Part shown: in pieces, positions 1 to 7,781 of the stretch
How the letters are laid out: each line of letters begins with the position of its first letter
Numbering within the stretch: the first letter of the stretch is position 1
Assembly: GCA_020832055.1 (NCBI GenBank)
Contig: JAFIFL010000001.1
Location: forward strand, 1-61,369
DNA from: Gammaproteobacteria bacterium
GTDB lineage: Bacteria; Pseudomonadota; Gammaproteobacteria; Pseudomonadales; Azotimanducaceae
Direction: 5' to 3'
DNA length: 61,369 nt
Program-made: the position numbers and the translations under genes
Notes under the pieces: model-generated
Databases searched by the model: none
What the model was told of the DNA's origin: nothing
Seen by the model: the letters and a program-made list of their open reading frames with translations, nothing else

Positions 1-40
1 GGCCTACCGGCCTGCCGATGGGCACTGATTGCAGGACGCG

Positions 41-463
41 ATGGAGATGACGGTGGAAGAAGGCGAACTCAAGCGTGCGGGACTCAAAGTCACCGTTCCG
101 CGGCTGAAGATCCTCGAGATCCTCGAGGCGTCCGAGCCGCGGCACATGTCCGCGGAAGACGTCTATCGCAAGCTGATGGAAGCGGACGAGAGTATCGGAC
201 TGGCGACAGTCTACCGCGTGCTTACCCAGTTCGAATCCGCCGGCCTCGTCGAGCGTCACAACTTCGATGATGGCCATGCGGTCTACGAGATGGCCTCGGA
301 CGAGCACCACGATCACATGGTCGACGTGGATACCGGCAATGTGGTGGAGTTTTTCGATGAGCGTCTCGAAGCGCTGCAGCGCAGCATCGTCGAGCAGCAC
401 GGTTTCGAGCTGGTGGACCACAATATGGTGCTCTTTGTCCGTCGGCCCGGCAAAAAGAAATAG
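41..463 (+). CDS. fur: Ferric uptake regulator (Fur family)
   Basis: ORF 29..463. Shows the DNA-binding N-terminus GLKVTVPRLKILEILE, ATVYRVLTQFESAGLV and the metal-site HHDHMVDVDTG. Near-colinear with Pseudomonas-type Fur. ATG at 41 preferred over TTG at 29. Confidence 0.9.
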   Translation: MEMTVEEGELKRAGLKVTVPRLKILEILEASEPRHMSAEDVYRKLMEADESIGLATVYRVLTQFESAGLVERHNFDDGHAVYEMASDEHHDHMVDVDTGNVVEFFDERLEALQRSIVEQHGFELVDHNMVLFVRRPGKKK

Positions 464-487
464 GCGCAGGAAGAGGTGCTGAGATCC

Positions 488-1522
488 ATGCGGACAGCCA
501 TCGCCATTGGCAGTGCGGATTCGGGCCGCAAGCGTGGCTTTGAAGACGTGGTCAGCTTTGTTCAGGAGGCCGAGAAACTCGGGGTGGACGACGTCTGGTC
601 GGCCGAAGCCTGGGGCCAGGATGCCATCGCTCCGCTGGCCTGGGTGGGCGCCCGCACGGAGAAGATCCGACTCGGTACCGGCATCATGCAGATCTCGGCC
701 CGGGTCCCTGCCATGACCGCCATGACGGCCCTCACCATGGCCTCGCTGTCCGGCGACCGCTTTCTGCTCGGGCTCGGTGCCAGCGGGCCGCAGGTGGTGG
801 AAGGGCTGCACGGACGTCCGTTCCGGGAACCGCTGGCGCGCATGCGCGAGACCATCGAGATCGTCCGGCTGGCCTTTGCCGGCGAGAAGATCGCCTATGA
901 AGGCCGCCACCATCAGTTGCCGCTGCCGGGGGGCGAGGGCAAGCCGCTGCGATTGTCTCAGCCCGCCAATCCGAACATTCCCATCTATCTGGCGACACTG
1001 GCACCGAAAGCGCTGGAGCTGACCGGAGCCATGGCCAATGGCTGGCTGGGGACGTCGTTCACGCCGGAAGGGGCCGATGCGCACCTCGGCCCCTTGCGCA
1101 AAGGTGCCGAGGCGGCGGGACGGTGCCTTGAAGATCTCGACCTGCAGGCAGGCGGGGTGGTGGGCTTCGGCGATCCGGAGCAGCTCGCCGAGCCGCTGAA
1201 GCGCCAGCTGGCCTTCACCCTTGGAGCGATGGGGTCGGCAAAGACGAACTTCTACAACGATGCCTACCGGCGCGGCGGCTGGGCGGACGATGCCGAAGCG
1301 GTCCAGGCGCTGTGGATTGCCGGCAAGCGAGAGGAAGCCGTTGCCCGGGTGCCGACCGAGATGGTCCTGCAGGCCAACCTGCTCGGTGACGAAGCCATGA
1401 TCCGGACGCGCATCGAAGCCTACCGTCAGGCCGGCATCACGACGCTGCGGCTGTCGCCCCTGGGCGGGGATGCCCATGGCCGTCTCGATACCTTGGGCCG
1501 CGCCCTCGAACTGATGGCGTAG
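488..1522 (+). CDS. LLM-class (luciferase-like) flavin/F420-dependent oxidoreductase
   Basis: ORF 476..1522. Typical LLM N-terminus (AEKLGVDDVWSAEAWGQDA...RIRLGTGIMQISARVPAMTA) and LGLGASGPQVVEG motif. ATG at 488 preferred because the purine-rich AGGAAGAGG lies about 10 nt upstream. Confidence 0.75.
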   Translation: MRTAIAIGSADSGRKRGFEDVVSFVQEAEKLGVDDVWSAEAWGQDAIAPLAWVGARTEKIRLGTGIMQISARVPAMTAMTALTMASLSGDRFLLGLGASGPQVVEGLHGRPFREPLARMRETIEIVRLAFAGEKIAYEGRHHQLPLPGGEGKPLRLSQPANPNIPIYLATLAPKALELTGAMANGWLGTSFTPEGADAHLGPLRKGAEAAGRCLEDLDLQAGGVVGFGDPEQLAEPLKRQLAFTLGAMGSAKTNFYNDAYRRGGWADDAEAVQALWIAGKREEAVARVPTEMVLQANLLGDEAMIRTRIEAYRQAGITTLRLSPLGGDAHGRLDTLGRALELMA

Positions 1523-1538
1523 TCCCGCGACCCGCCAT

Positions 1539-1662
1539 TGTGGGAGAGCGCTATTTCGCGCAGCGAAATGCGCCGATCTCGATGAGGTTCAGCGAAGGCA
1601 TCGGCTTCGGTAGATCGCTTCGAGATCGGCCCAATCGCTGCGCGATCAGGGCCTTCCCACAG
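1539..1662 (+). repeat. MITE/REP-like palindromic element, copy 1 (about 124 nt)
   Basis: Lies in the convergent intergenic gap between the LLM oxidoreductase and crotonase genes. The roughly 40-nt imperfect terminal inverted repeats are TGTGGGAGAGCGCTATTTCGCGCAGCGAAATGCGCCGATC on the left and GATCGGCCCAATCGCTGCGCGATCAGGGCCTTCCCACAG on the right. A second copy occurs in inverted orientation at 43909..44038. Confidence 0.8.
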
Positions 1663-1668
1663 GTGGCG

Positions 1669-2454
1669 CTACTGCTTTCGGCCGCGCTCCTGAATCCCCC
1701 TGCGGCGTTCGGCGACGGCTTCCGGTGTGACCTGGGTCTGCATGTGCTCGCGGCTGGCGGCGTGCTCGATGGCCATGCCTTCCCCGAGCGTCGAGCGAAA
1801 GCCTTCGTTCATGATCCGCAGCACCGTCTCGCGGGTGCGCCGTTCCGTAGTGAGCATGTCGCGGGCAATCTGGTTTGCGGTGTCCAGCAGTGCCTCCGGC
1901 GCCACCACCCGGTTCACCATGCCCCATTCACAGGCCTGCTCGGCAGTGAGGAAATTGCCGGTCAGCGACAGTTCCTTGGCCCGGGGCAGGCCGATCAGGC
2001 GCGGCAGGCGCTGGGACAGGCCCCAGCCCGGAACGATGCCCACCCGGGCGTGGGTGTCGGCGAAGCGCGCTGCCGTCGAGCACACCAGGATGTCGCACAT
2101 CAGCGCCAGTTCGAAGCCGCCGGTGATGGCGAAGCCGTTGATGGCCCCGATGACCGGCTTGGGATAGCCCTCGAACACGGCGCCGAGGTCGGTGTCGGCG
2201 GCGCTGGCACCGGCAGGCGTGCCGTCGGCGGTTTCACCGCCGAGTTCCTTCAGATCCAGACCTGCAGTGAAGGCGCGACCGGCACCGGTGAGGATGATCA
2301 CCTCGGTAGTGGCATCCGCCGCCAGTTCCCGGAAGGTTCGGACCAGGGCCTGGCGCAGACCGGTGGAGAGGGCGTTGAGGGCCTCCGGACGGTTCATCGT
2401 GACCGTTGTGATGCCGCCATCCCGTTCCAGCAGTACCAGCGGTTGAGTCGTCAT
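1669..2454 (-). CDS. Enoyl-CoA hydratase/isomerase (crotonase) family protein
   Basis: 261-aa ORF. Crotonase signatures: VTMNRPEALNAL, ILTGAGRAFTAGLDLKE, AINGFAITGGFELALMCD. Confidence 0.88.
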   Translation of the reverse strand: MTTQPLVLLERDGGITTVTMNRPEALNALSTGLRQALVRTFRELAADATTEVIILTGAGRAFTAGLDLKELGGETADGTPAGASAADTDLGAVFEGYPKPVIGAINGFAITGGFELALMCDILVCSTAARFADTHARVGIVPGWGLSQRLPRLIGLPRAKELSLTGNFLTAEQACEWGMVNRVVAPEALLDTANQIARDMLTTERRTRETVLRIMNEGFRSTLGEGMAIEHAASREHMQTQVTPEAVAERRRGIQERGRKQ

Positions 2455-3383
2455 GCCAGGCCTCCTCGAATGCGGTCCGCAGTCAGTGGCCGGCCGGCCT
2501 CGACTGTCCTGATGAAGCGGTGAACCCGGCTGACCACCGTCGGCAGCAGGCTTGCAGGCAGATCGTGCCCCATGCGCGGGATCACTTCGAGTTCCGCATC
2601 AGGAATGCAACGGGCGATGTCTTCCCCCGCCGCCAGCGGCACCAGCGGGTCGGCGTCACCATGAATCACCAGGGTCGGCGTGGTCACCTTGCCCAGCCGT
2701 TCGACGCGGCTGCCATCGGCGAGGATGGCAGCGAACTGCCGCGCGAAGCCTGCCGGACAGACCATGCGGTCGATGGCGGCTGCGGCGAGCAGCCCCATGC
2801 CCTCGACGCTGGAGCGATAGTGCGGCCCGCCGATCACATCCCACATGGCCCGCTGATGGCCAATCAGGCTGTCGCGATCCGTGGCCGGCGGTGGTGTGAC
2901 GAGGACTGCAGACGCTTCCGGCGTCGGTGGCGGCAGGGTCGGATTGCCGGTGGAGGACATCACTGCGGTCAGGCTGCGCAGCCGGCGCGGTTGGCTGATG
3001 GCCAGATGCTGGGCAATCATCCCGCCCATGGAGACCCCAAGCACATGGGCGTCCTCGATGCCGAGGTGATCGAGCAGGGCGCGGGCGTCGTTGGCCATGT
3101 CCGCGAGGGTGTAGGGCGCTTGTGGCTGCTGGCCAGACATCATGGCCGCCATCAGGGCGCCGGCGTCGACCTGACCGAGGGCGTCGAGCTTCTCGCTCAT
3201 GCCAACGTCACGATTGTCCATGCAGATGACGCGCAGGCCGCGTTCCACGAAGCCGTCGATGAAGGCCTGCGGCCACTGGACGAGCTGGCAGCCGATGCCA
3301 TGCAGCAGCAGCAGCGGAGGATCGGCGCGGGCGCCGAACTGATCGAAGCACAGCGAGATCCCGTTACCCTGAAAGATCGGCAT
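2451..3383 (-). CDS. Alpha/beta-fold hydrolase
   Basis: 310-aa ORF. Oxyanion-region LLLLHGIGC, nucleophile elbow GVSMGG, C-terminal GHDLP. Overlaps the downstream crotonase gene by 4 nt. Confidence 0.85.
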   Translation of the reverse strand: MPIFQGNGISLCFDQFGARADPPLLLLHGIGCQLVQWPQAFIDGFVERGLRVICMDNRDVGMSEKLDALGQVDAGALMAAMMSGQQPQAPYTLADMANDARALLDHLGIEDAHVLGVSMGGMIAQHLAISQPRRLRSLTAVMSSTGNPTLPPPTPEASAVLVTPPPATDRDSLIGHQRAMWDVIGGPHYRSSVEGMGLLAAAAIDRMVCPAGFARQFAAILADGSRVERLGKVTTPTLVIHGDADPLVPLAAGEDIARCIPDAELEVIPRMGHDLPASLLPTVVSRVHRFIRTVEAGRPLTADRIRGGLA

Positions 3384-3510
3384 TGCAGATTCCTTGGTGT
3401 CGCGCGCATCCCCTGACGCGCTTGGCGGTCATCGTTATACCGACTCGGTTCTGCCGGGATCAAGGCGATCGACACATGCGGAGTGCCGTGAAGCAGTCCT
3501 GAGCCTGGTT

Positions 3511-4521
3511 TCAGATCTGCAGAAGGCTGCGGGCCAGATTGACCGCGGTGACCTCCGGCAGGCTTCCGCTGCTGCGTGCGCGTGCGAGGATGTCAGCCAC
3601 CGTGGTGCCGATCTGGTCGACGCGCTGGCCGATGGCGTCGGCGCTCTCGCCCTGCCACGCCAGCGCGGCGTGGATGACGCCGCCGCTGTTGATGACGAAG
3701 TCGGGCACGTAGAGGATGCCGCGGGCTGCCAGCTGCGCAGCCATGTCCGGACGGGCCAGCTGATTGTTGGCTGCGCCGGCGATGATGCGACAGGCCAGCG
3801 TCGGCAGCACGGCGTCGTCGAGAACGCCCCCGAAAGCGCAGGGGGCCAGGACATCGCAGGGCGTGATCAGGAGCTCCGAAGGGTGCACTGCGCGGGCGCC
3901 GGTGGCGTCGGCCACGGCCTTGGCCTGCCGCGAATCGACGTCGGCCACCGTCAGTCTGGCGCCTTCCGCTGCCAGCCGGTGCGCCAGCGCCGCACCGACA
4001 TGGCCGACGCCCTGAATCGCCACATGAATGCCGGCGAGATCCCGTTCGAGTTCGGCTGCCACCGCGGCGCGGATGCCGTGGGCGACGCCGCGGGCCGTCG
4101 ACGGGGAGGGGTCGCCTTCCTGCTCGCTCGAACCTGACACGAACCGGGTGCGGGAGGCGATGGCATCCATATCGGCTGTTTCGGTACCGGAATCCATGGC
4201 GGTGACATAGCGGCCGTTGAGCCCGTCGATGGCATTGCCGAAGGCGGCGAACAGGGCGGCCCGATCGAAAGCACCCGCTGGCAAACGGATGACAGCCTTG
4301 CCGCCACCAAAGGGAATGCCCGCCAACGCGTTCTTCAGGGTCATGCCGGCAGCCAGCAGGCAGGCATCGTCGCTGGCAGCCTTAAGATCTCCGTAGGCCC
4401 GGAAGCGGCAGCCGCCGAAGGCGGGTCCGAGGGTCAGGTCATCGAGGGCCACCACGGCCTCGAGGCCCGTTGCGGGATCGCTGAAGTGATGCAGTTCGAG
4501 CGGTTCGGGAACGTCGCTCAT
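3511..4521 (-). CDS. Glu/Leu/Phe/Val dehydrogenase family protein (leucine dehydrogenase-like)
   Basis: Track ORF 3511..4821 trimmed to the ATG at 4521 (MSDVPEPLE...). Catalytic-Lys region IPFGGGKAVI and Rossmann motif IQGVGHVGAALA. The removed extension is Arg/Ser-rich and would overlap the divergent MFS gene. Confidence 0.82.
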   Translation of the reverse strand: MSDVPEPLELHHFSDPATGLEAVVALDDLTLGPAFGGCRFRAYGDLKAASDDACLLAAGMTLKNALAGIPFGGGKAVIRLPAGAFDRAALFAAFGNAIDGLNGRYVTAMDSGTETADMDAIASRTRFVSGSSEQEGDPSPSTARGVAHGIRAAVAAELERDLAGIHVAIQGVGHVGAALAHRLAAEGARLTVADVDSRQAKAVADATGARAVHPSELLITPCDVLAPCAFGGVLDDAVLPTLACRIIAGAANNQLARPDMAAQLAARGILYVPDFVINSGGVIHAALAWQGESADAIGQRVDQIGTTVADILARARSSGSLPEVTAVNLARSLLQI

Positions 4522-4645
4522 GCTCGTGCTCCGGTCTGATTCCTGCTGCGTCCAGCCGGATTGTCGCACGGCAGCGCGCGGGACACCTGATGAGCGGCCA
4601 TGTTGTGCGCGACTCGGGGGCAGACCTCGGCTATCCTGCCGCGAC

Positions 4646-5863
4646 ATGTCGTCCGAGACCCCATCCCGTCCCCGCCGTCTGATTGCGCTGCTGGCCGCCG
4701 CCACCGCGACCGGCCCGCTGGCCATGCAGATTTTCCTGCCCGCGCTGCCCGCCGTGCAGGCCGATTTCGCCATATCGGCCGGGGTCGTGCAGCTCACCCT
4801 CAGCCTGTCGCTGCTGTCCATTGCCCTGGCGACCCTGGCCTACGGTCCCTTGTCGGACCGCTACGGTCGTCGGCCCATGCTGCTGATCGGTTTGGGCATG
4901 TTCCTGCTCGGCACCCTGGTCTGCGCCCTGGCCCAGAACATCGAGGTGCTGATCTTCGGTCGCATCGTCCAGGCTGCCGGCGGCGCTGCCGGCATGGTCC
5001 TGGCCCGGGCCGTGGTGCGGGACCTCTGGGGGCACGACGAGGCGGCTGGCGTCATCGCCCGCCTGACCATGGTGATGGTGGTCGCACCCATGGTGGCGCC
5101 GGCCATCGGCGGACTGCTGACCGATCTCTTCGTCTGGCGCGCCGTGTTCTGGTTTTCGGCCTTTGCCGGCGTGCTGATCGCGTTCTGGGCGGCCCTGCAG
5201 CTGCCTGAGTCCCATGCCGGCCGTGGCCGCGCGGAGGGCATAGGCAGCATGCTGCGAGGCTTCGGCCACCTGCTCGGGTCCGGGCGCTTCTGTGGCTATG
5301 TGGCCCACACAGCGTTCTCGTCCATGATCTTCTTCGCTTTCATCAGCGGTGCGCCCTACCTGATGGTCAATGTCCTTGGGCGCCCGGCCACCGAATACGG
5401 GCTCTGGTTCATGGCGGCCTCGGTGGGATTCATGGCGGGCAACTTCATTGCCATTCGCACCTCCGGGCGCTGGTCCCTGCAGGGGTTGATGCTGGCCGGC
5501 AGCATCCTGTCGGTGATCGGCGTGGGGATTTCCGCAGCGCTGGTTCTGGCGGGGCATCTCAGTCCCATGGGCCTGTTCCTGCCGATCACCCTGACCATGG
5601 TGGGCAATGGCCTGGCCATGCCCAATGCCCAGGCCGGCGCCCTCAACGTCTTCCCCCATCGGGCCGGAACCGCCAGCGGATTCAGTGGCTTCGCCCAGAT
5701 GGCCCTGTCGGCCTGCGCCATTCAGGCCGTGGGCCAGCTGCACAATGACACGGCCTGGCCCATGCTGAGTTTCATGGGGCTCGGTGCGGTCGGGGCGCTG
5801 CTGGCCATCCTCGCCGTGAGCCGGCTCGAAGCCCGCCGCAAGGTCAAGCCGGCTGCCGCGTGA
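4646..5863 (+). CDS. MFS transporter, Bcr/CflA drug-resistance subfamily
   Basis: Track ORF 4520..5863 trimmed to the ATG at 4646 (MSSETPS...). Shows GPLSDRYGRRPMLL (MFS motif A) and about 12 hydrophobic spans. Confidence 0.85.
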   Translation: MSSETPSRPRRLIALLAAATATGPLAMQIFLPALPAVQADFAISAGVVQLTLSLSLLSIALATLAYGPLSDRYGRRPMLLIGLGMFLLGTLVCALAQNIEVLIFGRIVQAAGGAAGMVLARAVVRDLWGHDEAAGVIARLTMVMVVAPMVAPAIGGLLTDLFVWRAVFWFSAFAGVLIAFWAALQLPESHAGRGRAEGIGSMLRGFGHLLGSGRFCGYVAHTAFSSMIFFAFISGAPYLMVNVLGRPATEYGLWFMAASVGFMAGNFIAIRTSGRWSLQGLMLAGSILSVIGVGISAALVLAGHLSPMGLFLPITLTMVGNGLAMPNAQAGALNVFPHRAGTASGFSGFAQMALSACAIQAVGQLHNDTAWPMLSFMGLGAVGALLAILAVSRLEARRKVKPAAA

Positions 5864-5974
5864 ACCGTTGTCTGACGCAGCGGGGTGCCGCGGCAGCTGC
5901 GACTGCGTCCGCTTGCGGGTTCTTCGGCCCCGTGCTGTCATCCGGACTCGGGTCTTCAGTACAGGGAAGACAGG

Positions 5975-6904
5975 ATGTCATTGCCGGCAGCGGCGGGGAT
6001 CGAGGGCTCGCCTTGGCTCCAGGTCGAGGTGCGGGTAGGCGGCATCGTCGCCCATGCCCAGACGCTCATTGACGTTAGCACAGCGGGCCTCAGGCCGGCC
6101 GATGTGCACGCCCTGCGTGTCGCCTGCAAACGGCTGCGGGCTCTGTGGCGCATGCTCGAACCGGGCTTCGGTCCCGGAGTGACCCGGCCGGCGGAACGCG
6201 CGCTGCGCGATGCTGCCAGGGAACTGGCCGGCCAGCGGCAGGCCTGGGTGCTTGTGAAGTCACTGGAGTCGCTGCAGCACAAGGCTGACCGGCGCCAAGA
6301 CCGGGTGCTTGCGGCCGATCTCGCCGGGCGGCTGACTGAGGCTCTCGGTGCCGAGGCAGCCGTGGCGACGCCGGGGCCGCTGCTGCGTGGCGTCTTCGGG
6401 CAGCAGCTGCCGGCTCTGGCGGCCTTGCCTGGAGGGCCACCCTCGGTCGAGGATCTGCTGGCGGGCATCCTTCACGGGGCGCAGCGGGCGCGCAAGCTTG
6501 GCCGGCGTGCCGGGCGCCGCGGTGAAGCGGTGCTCTGGCATCGCTGCCGGCGCTGGGTGAAGTACGAGCACTACCAGCTCGAGCTGGCGCTGCGTCCGAA
6601 CGGTGTGCTGCGCCAGCGCCATCGCCGTCTGGAGCGCCTCGGGGTGCTGCTGGGCCGGCATCAGGATGGGTACGACCTCGAGCGGCAGCTCGGCGGCGGA
6701 GAGATGGCTGCATCGTTGCCTGCACCGGCGGCATCCGCGCTGGCAGCGTGGCGCGCCCACCGCGATACCGGCCGCCTGCTGAAGTGCGTCAGGCGGCGGC
6801 AGCAACGCCTGCTCCGGCGTATCGAGAAAAGCTTCGAGGTCCTGTACGACGGCGGGCGCGGTGGATTCGAGGCTGCGCTCCGCGCGGCGCTCATCCGGAC
6901 CTGA
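5975..6904 (+). CDS. CHAD domain-containing protein
   Basis: Track ORF 5885..6904 trimmed to the ATG at 5975. Shows the CHAD-type helix VHALRVACKRLRALWRML and a second W..RR.VKYE.Y..EL block. Arg-rich and all-helical. Confidence 0.65.
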   Translation: MSLPAAAGIEGSPWLQVEVRVGGIVAHAQTLIDVSTAGLRPADVHALRVACKRLRALWRMLEPGFGPGVTRPAERALRDAARELAGQRQAWVLVKSLESLQHKADRRQDRVLAADLAGRLTEALGAEAAVATPGPLLRGVFGQQLPALAALPGGPPSVEDLLAGILHGAQRARKLGRRAGRRGEAVLWHRCRRWVKYEHYQLELALRPNGVLRQRHRRLERLGVLLGRHQDGYDLERQLGGGEMAASLPAPAASALAAWRAHRDTGRLLKCVRRRQQRLLRRIEKSFEVLYDGGRGGFEAALRAALIRT

Positions 6905-7034
6905 GTTCCCGTCCTGCAGAGCGTGGCTTCCCGCTCCCGCTGCTCCTGCCGTCGTCGGCCTGTTACCATCGCGCGCTGGGCGCGTGATGGTGGGCGCTTT
7001 GGCAGGAGATTCGCGGGTGAAGGAGAGGGTTATT

Positions 7035-7781
7035 GTGAGCGCGTCGGAGAGTTTGCCCCAGCTGCGTACCCGGCTGATACATCTTGGTCTGCTGCTGGTC
7101 CTGGCGCTGTCGGCGGGCTTGGTCGTTGCCGAGGACGGGGGGAGCGATCGCGATCCCTTCGAGGCCTGGAATCGCCCTGTTCACAATTTCAACGAGACTC
7201 TGGACGTCCACATCCTGCAGCCGGTGGCCCGCGGCTACCGGGCTATTACGCCGAGCCCGGTGGAGCGTGCCGTCGCCAATTTCTTCGACAATCTGACCCT
7301 GCCCCTGAGCATCGTGGGCGGTCTGCTGCAGCTCGATTCGGAGCGCACGCTGAAAGAGACCGGGCGCTTCGTGGTCAACTCCACGGTGGGGATCGCCGGG
7401 CTGTTCGATCCTGCCACGTCGCTGGGCCTGCACCCGCAGGAGAAGGACATCGGACAGGCGCTGGAGAGCTGGGGTGCCACCGGCAGCCCCTATCTGGTGC
7501 TGCCTTTTCTCGGGCCGATGACTCTGGTGCAGATACCGGATCGGATCATCTCCCCCATGATCGGGCCGACCCTGCTCGGCAGCTACTGGCACGAATCCAT
7601 GTGGGCGGTCAGCGTCATCAGCCTGCGTGCAGAACTGCTGTCAGCATCGGCTATCCTCGATGAGTCCGCGGCGGATTCCTATATCTTCACCCGCGAGGCG
7701 TTTCTGCAGCGGCGGCAGTTCCTGCTCTATGACGGTGACCCGCCGCTGGAGGATTTCGACGCCTTCTTCGACGATTTCTGA
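7035..7781 (+). CDS. mlaA: MlaA/VacJ family outer-membrane lipoprotein
   Basis: Shows DPFEAWNRPVHNFNETLD, NFFDNL..P, VNSTVGIAGLFDPA and GPYLVLPFLGP. GTG at 7035 preferred because AAGGAGAG lies 8 nt upstream. An in-frame ATG at 6987 is also possible. Confidence 0.85.
   Translation: MSASESLPQLRTRLIHLGLLLVLALSAGLVVAEDGGSDRDPFEAWNRPVHNFNETLDVHILQPVARGYRAITPSPVERAVANFFDNLTLPLSIVGGLLQLDSERTLKETGRFVVNSTVGIAGLFDPATSLGLHPQEKDIGQALESWGATGSPYLVLPFLGPMTLVQIPDRIISPMIGPTLLGSYWHESMWAVSVISLRAELLSASAILDESAADSYIFTREAFLQRRQFLLYDGDPPLEDFDAFFDDF

Noticed and set aside
1540-2523. 327-aa plus-strand ORF starting MGERYFAQRNAPI..., and the 121-aa minus-strand ORF 43672..44037 starting MGERCFAQRNAPI...
   Set aside because: The shared N-terminal peptide is simply the translated repeat element. 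The remainder of the first ORF is antisense to the crotonase gene.
7727-7781. 55-nt convergent 3' overlap between mlaA and the GGDEF-EAL gene. There is a similar 26-nt overlap at 38305..38330 between putP and the small membrane protein gene.
   Set aside because: In both cases the overlapping tails lie beyond the recognisable domains. They are most simply explained by late stop codons in GC-rich DNA. I have no evidence of regulatory significance.
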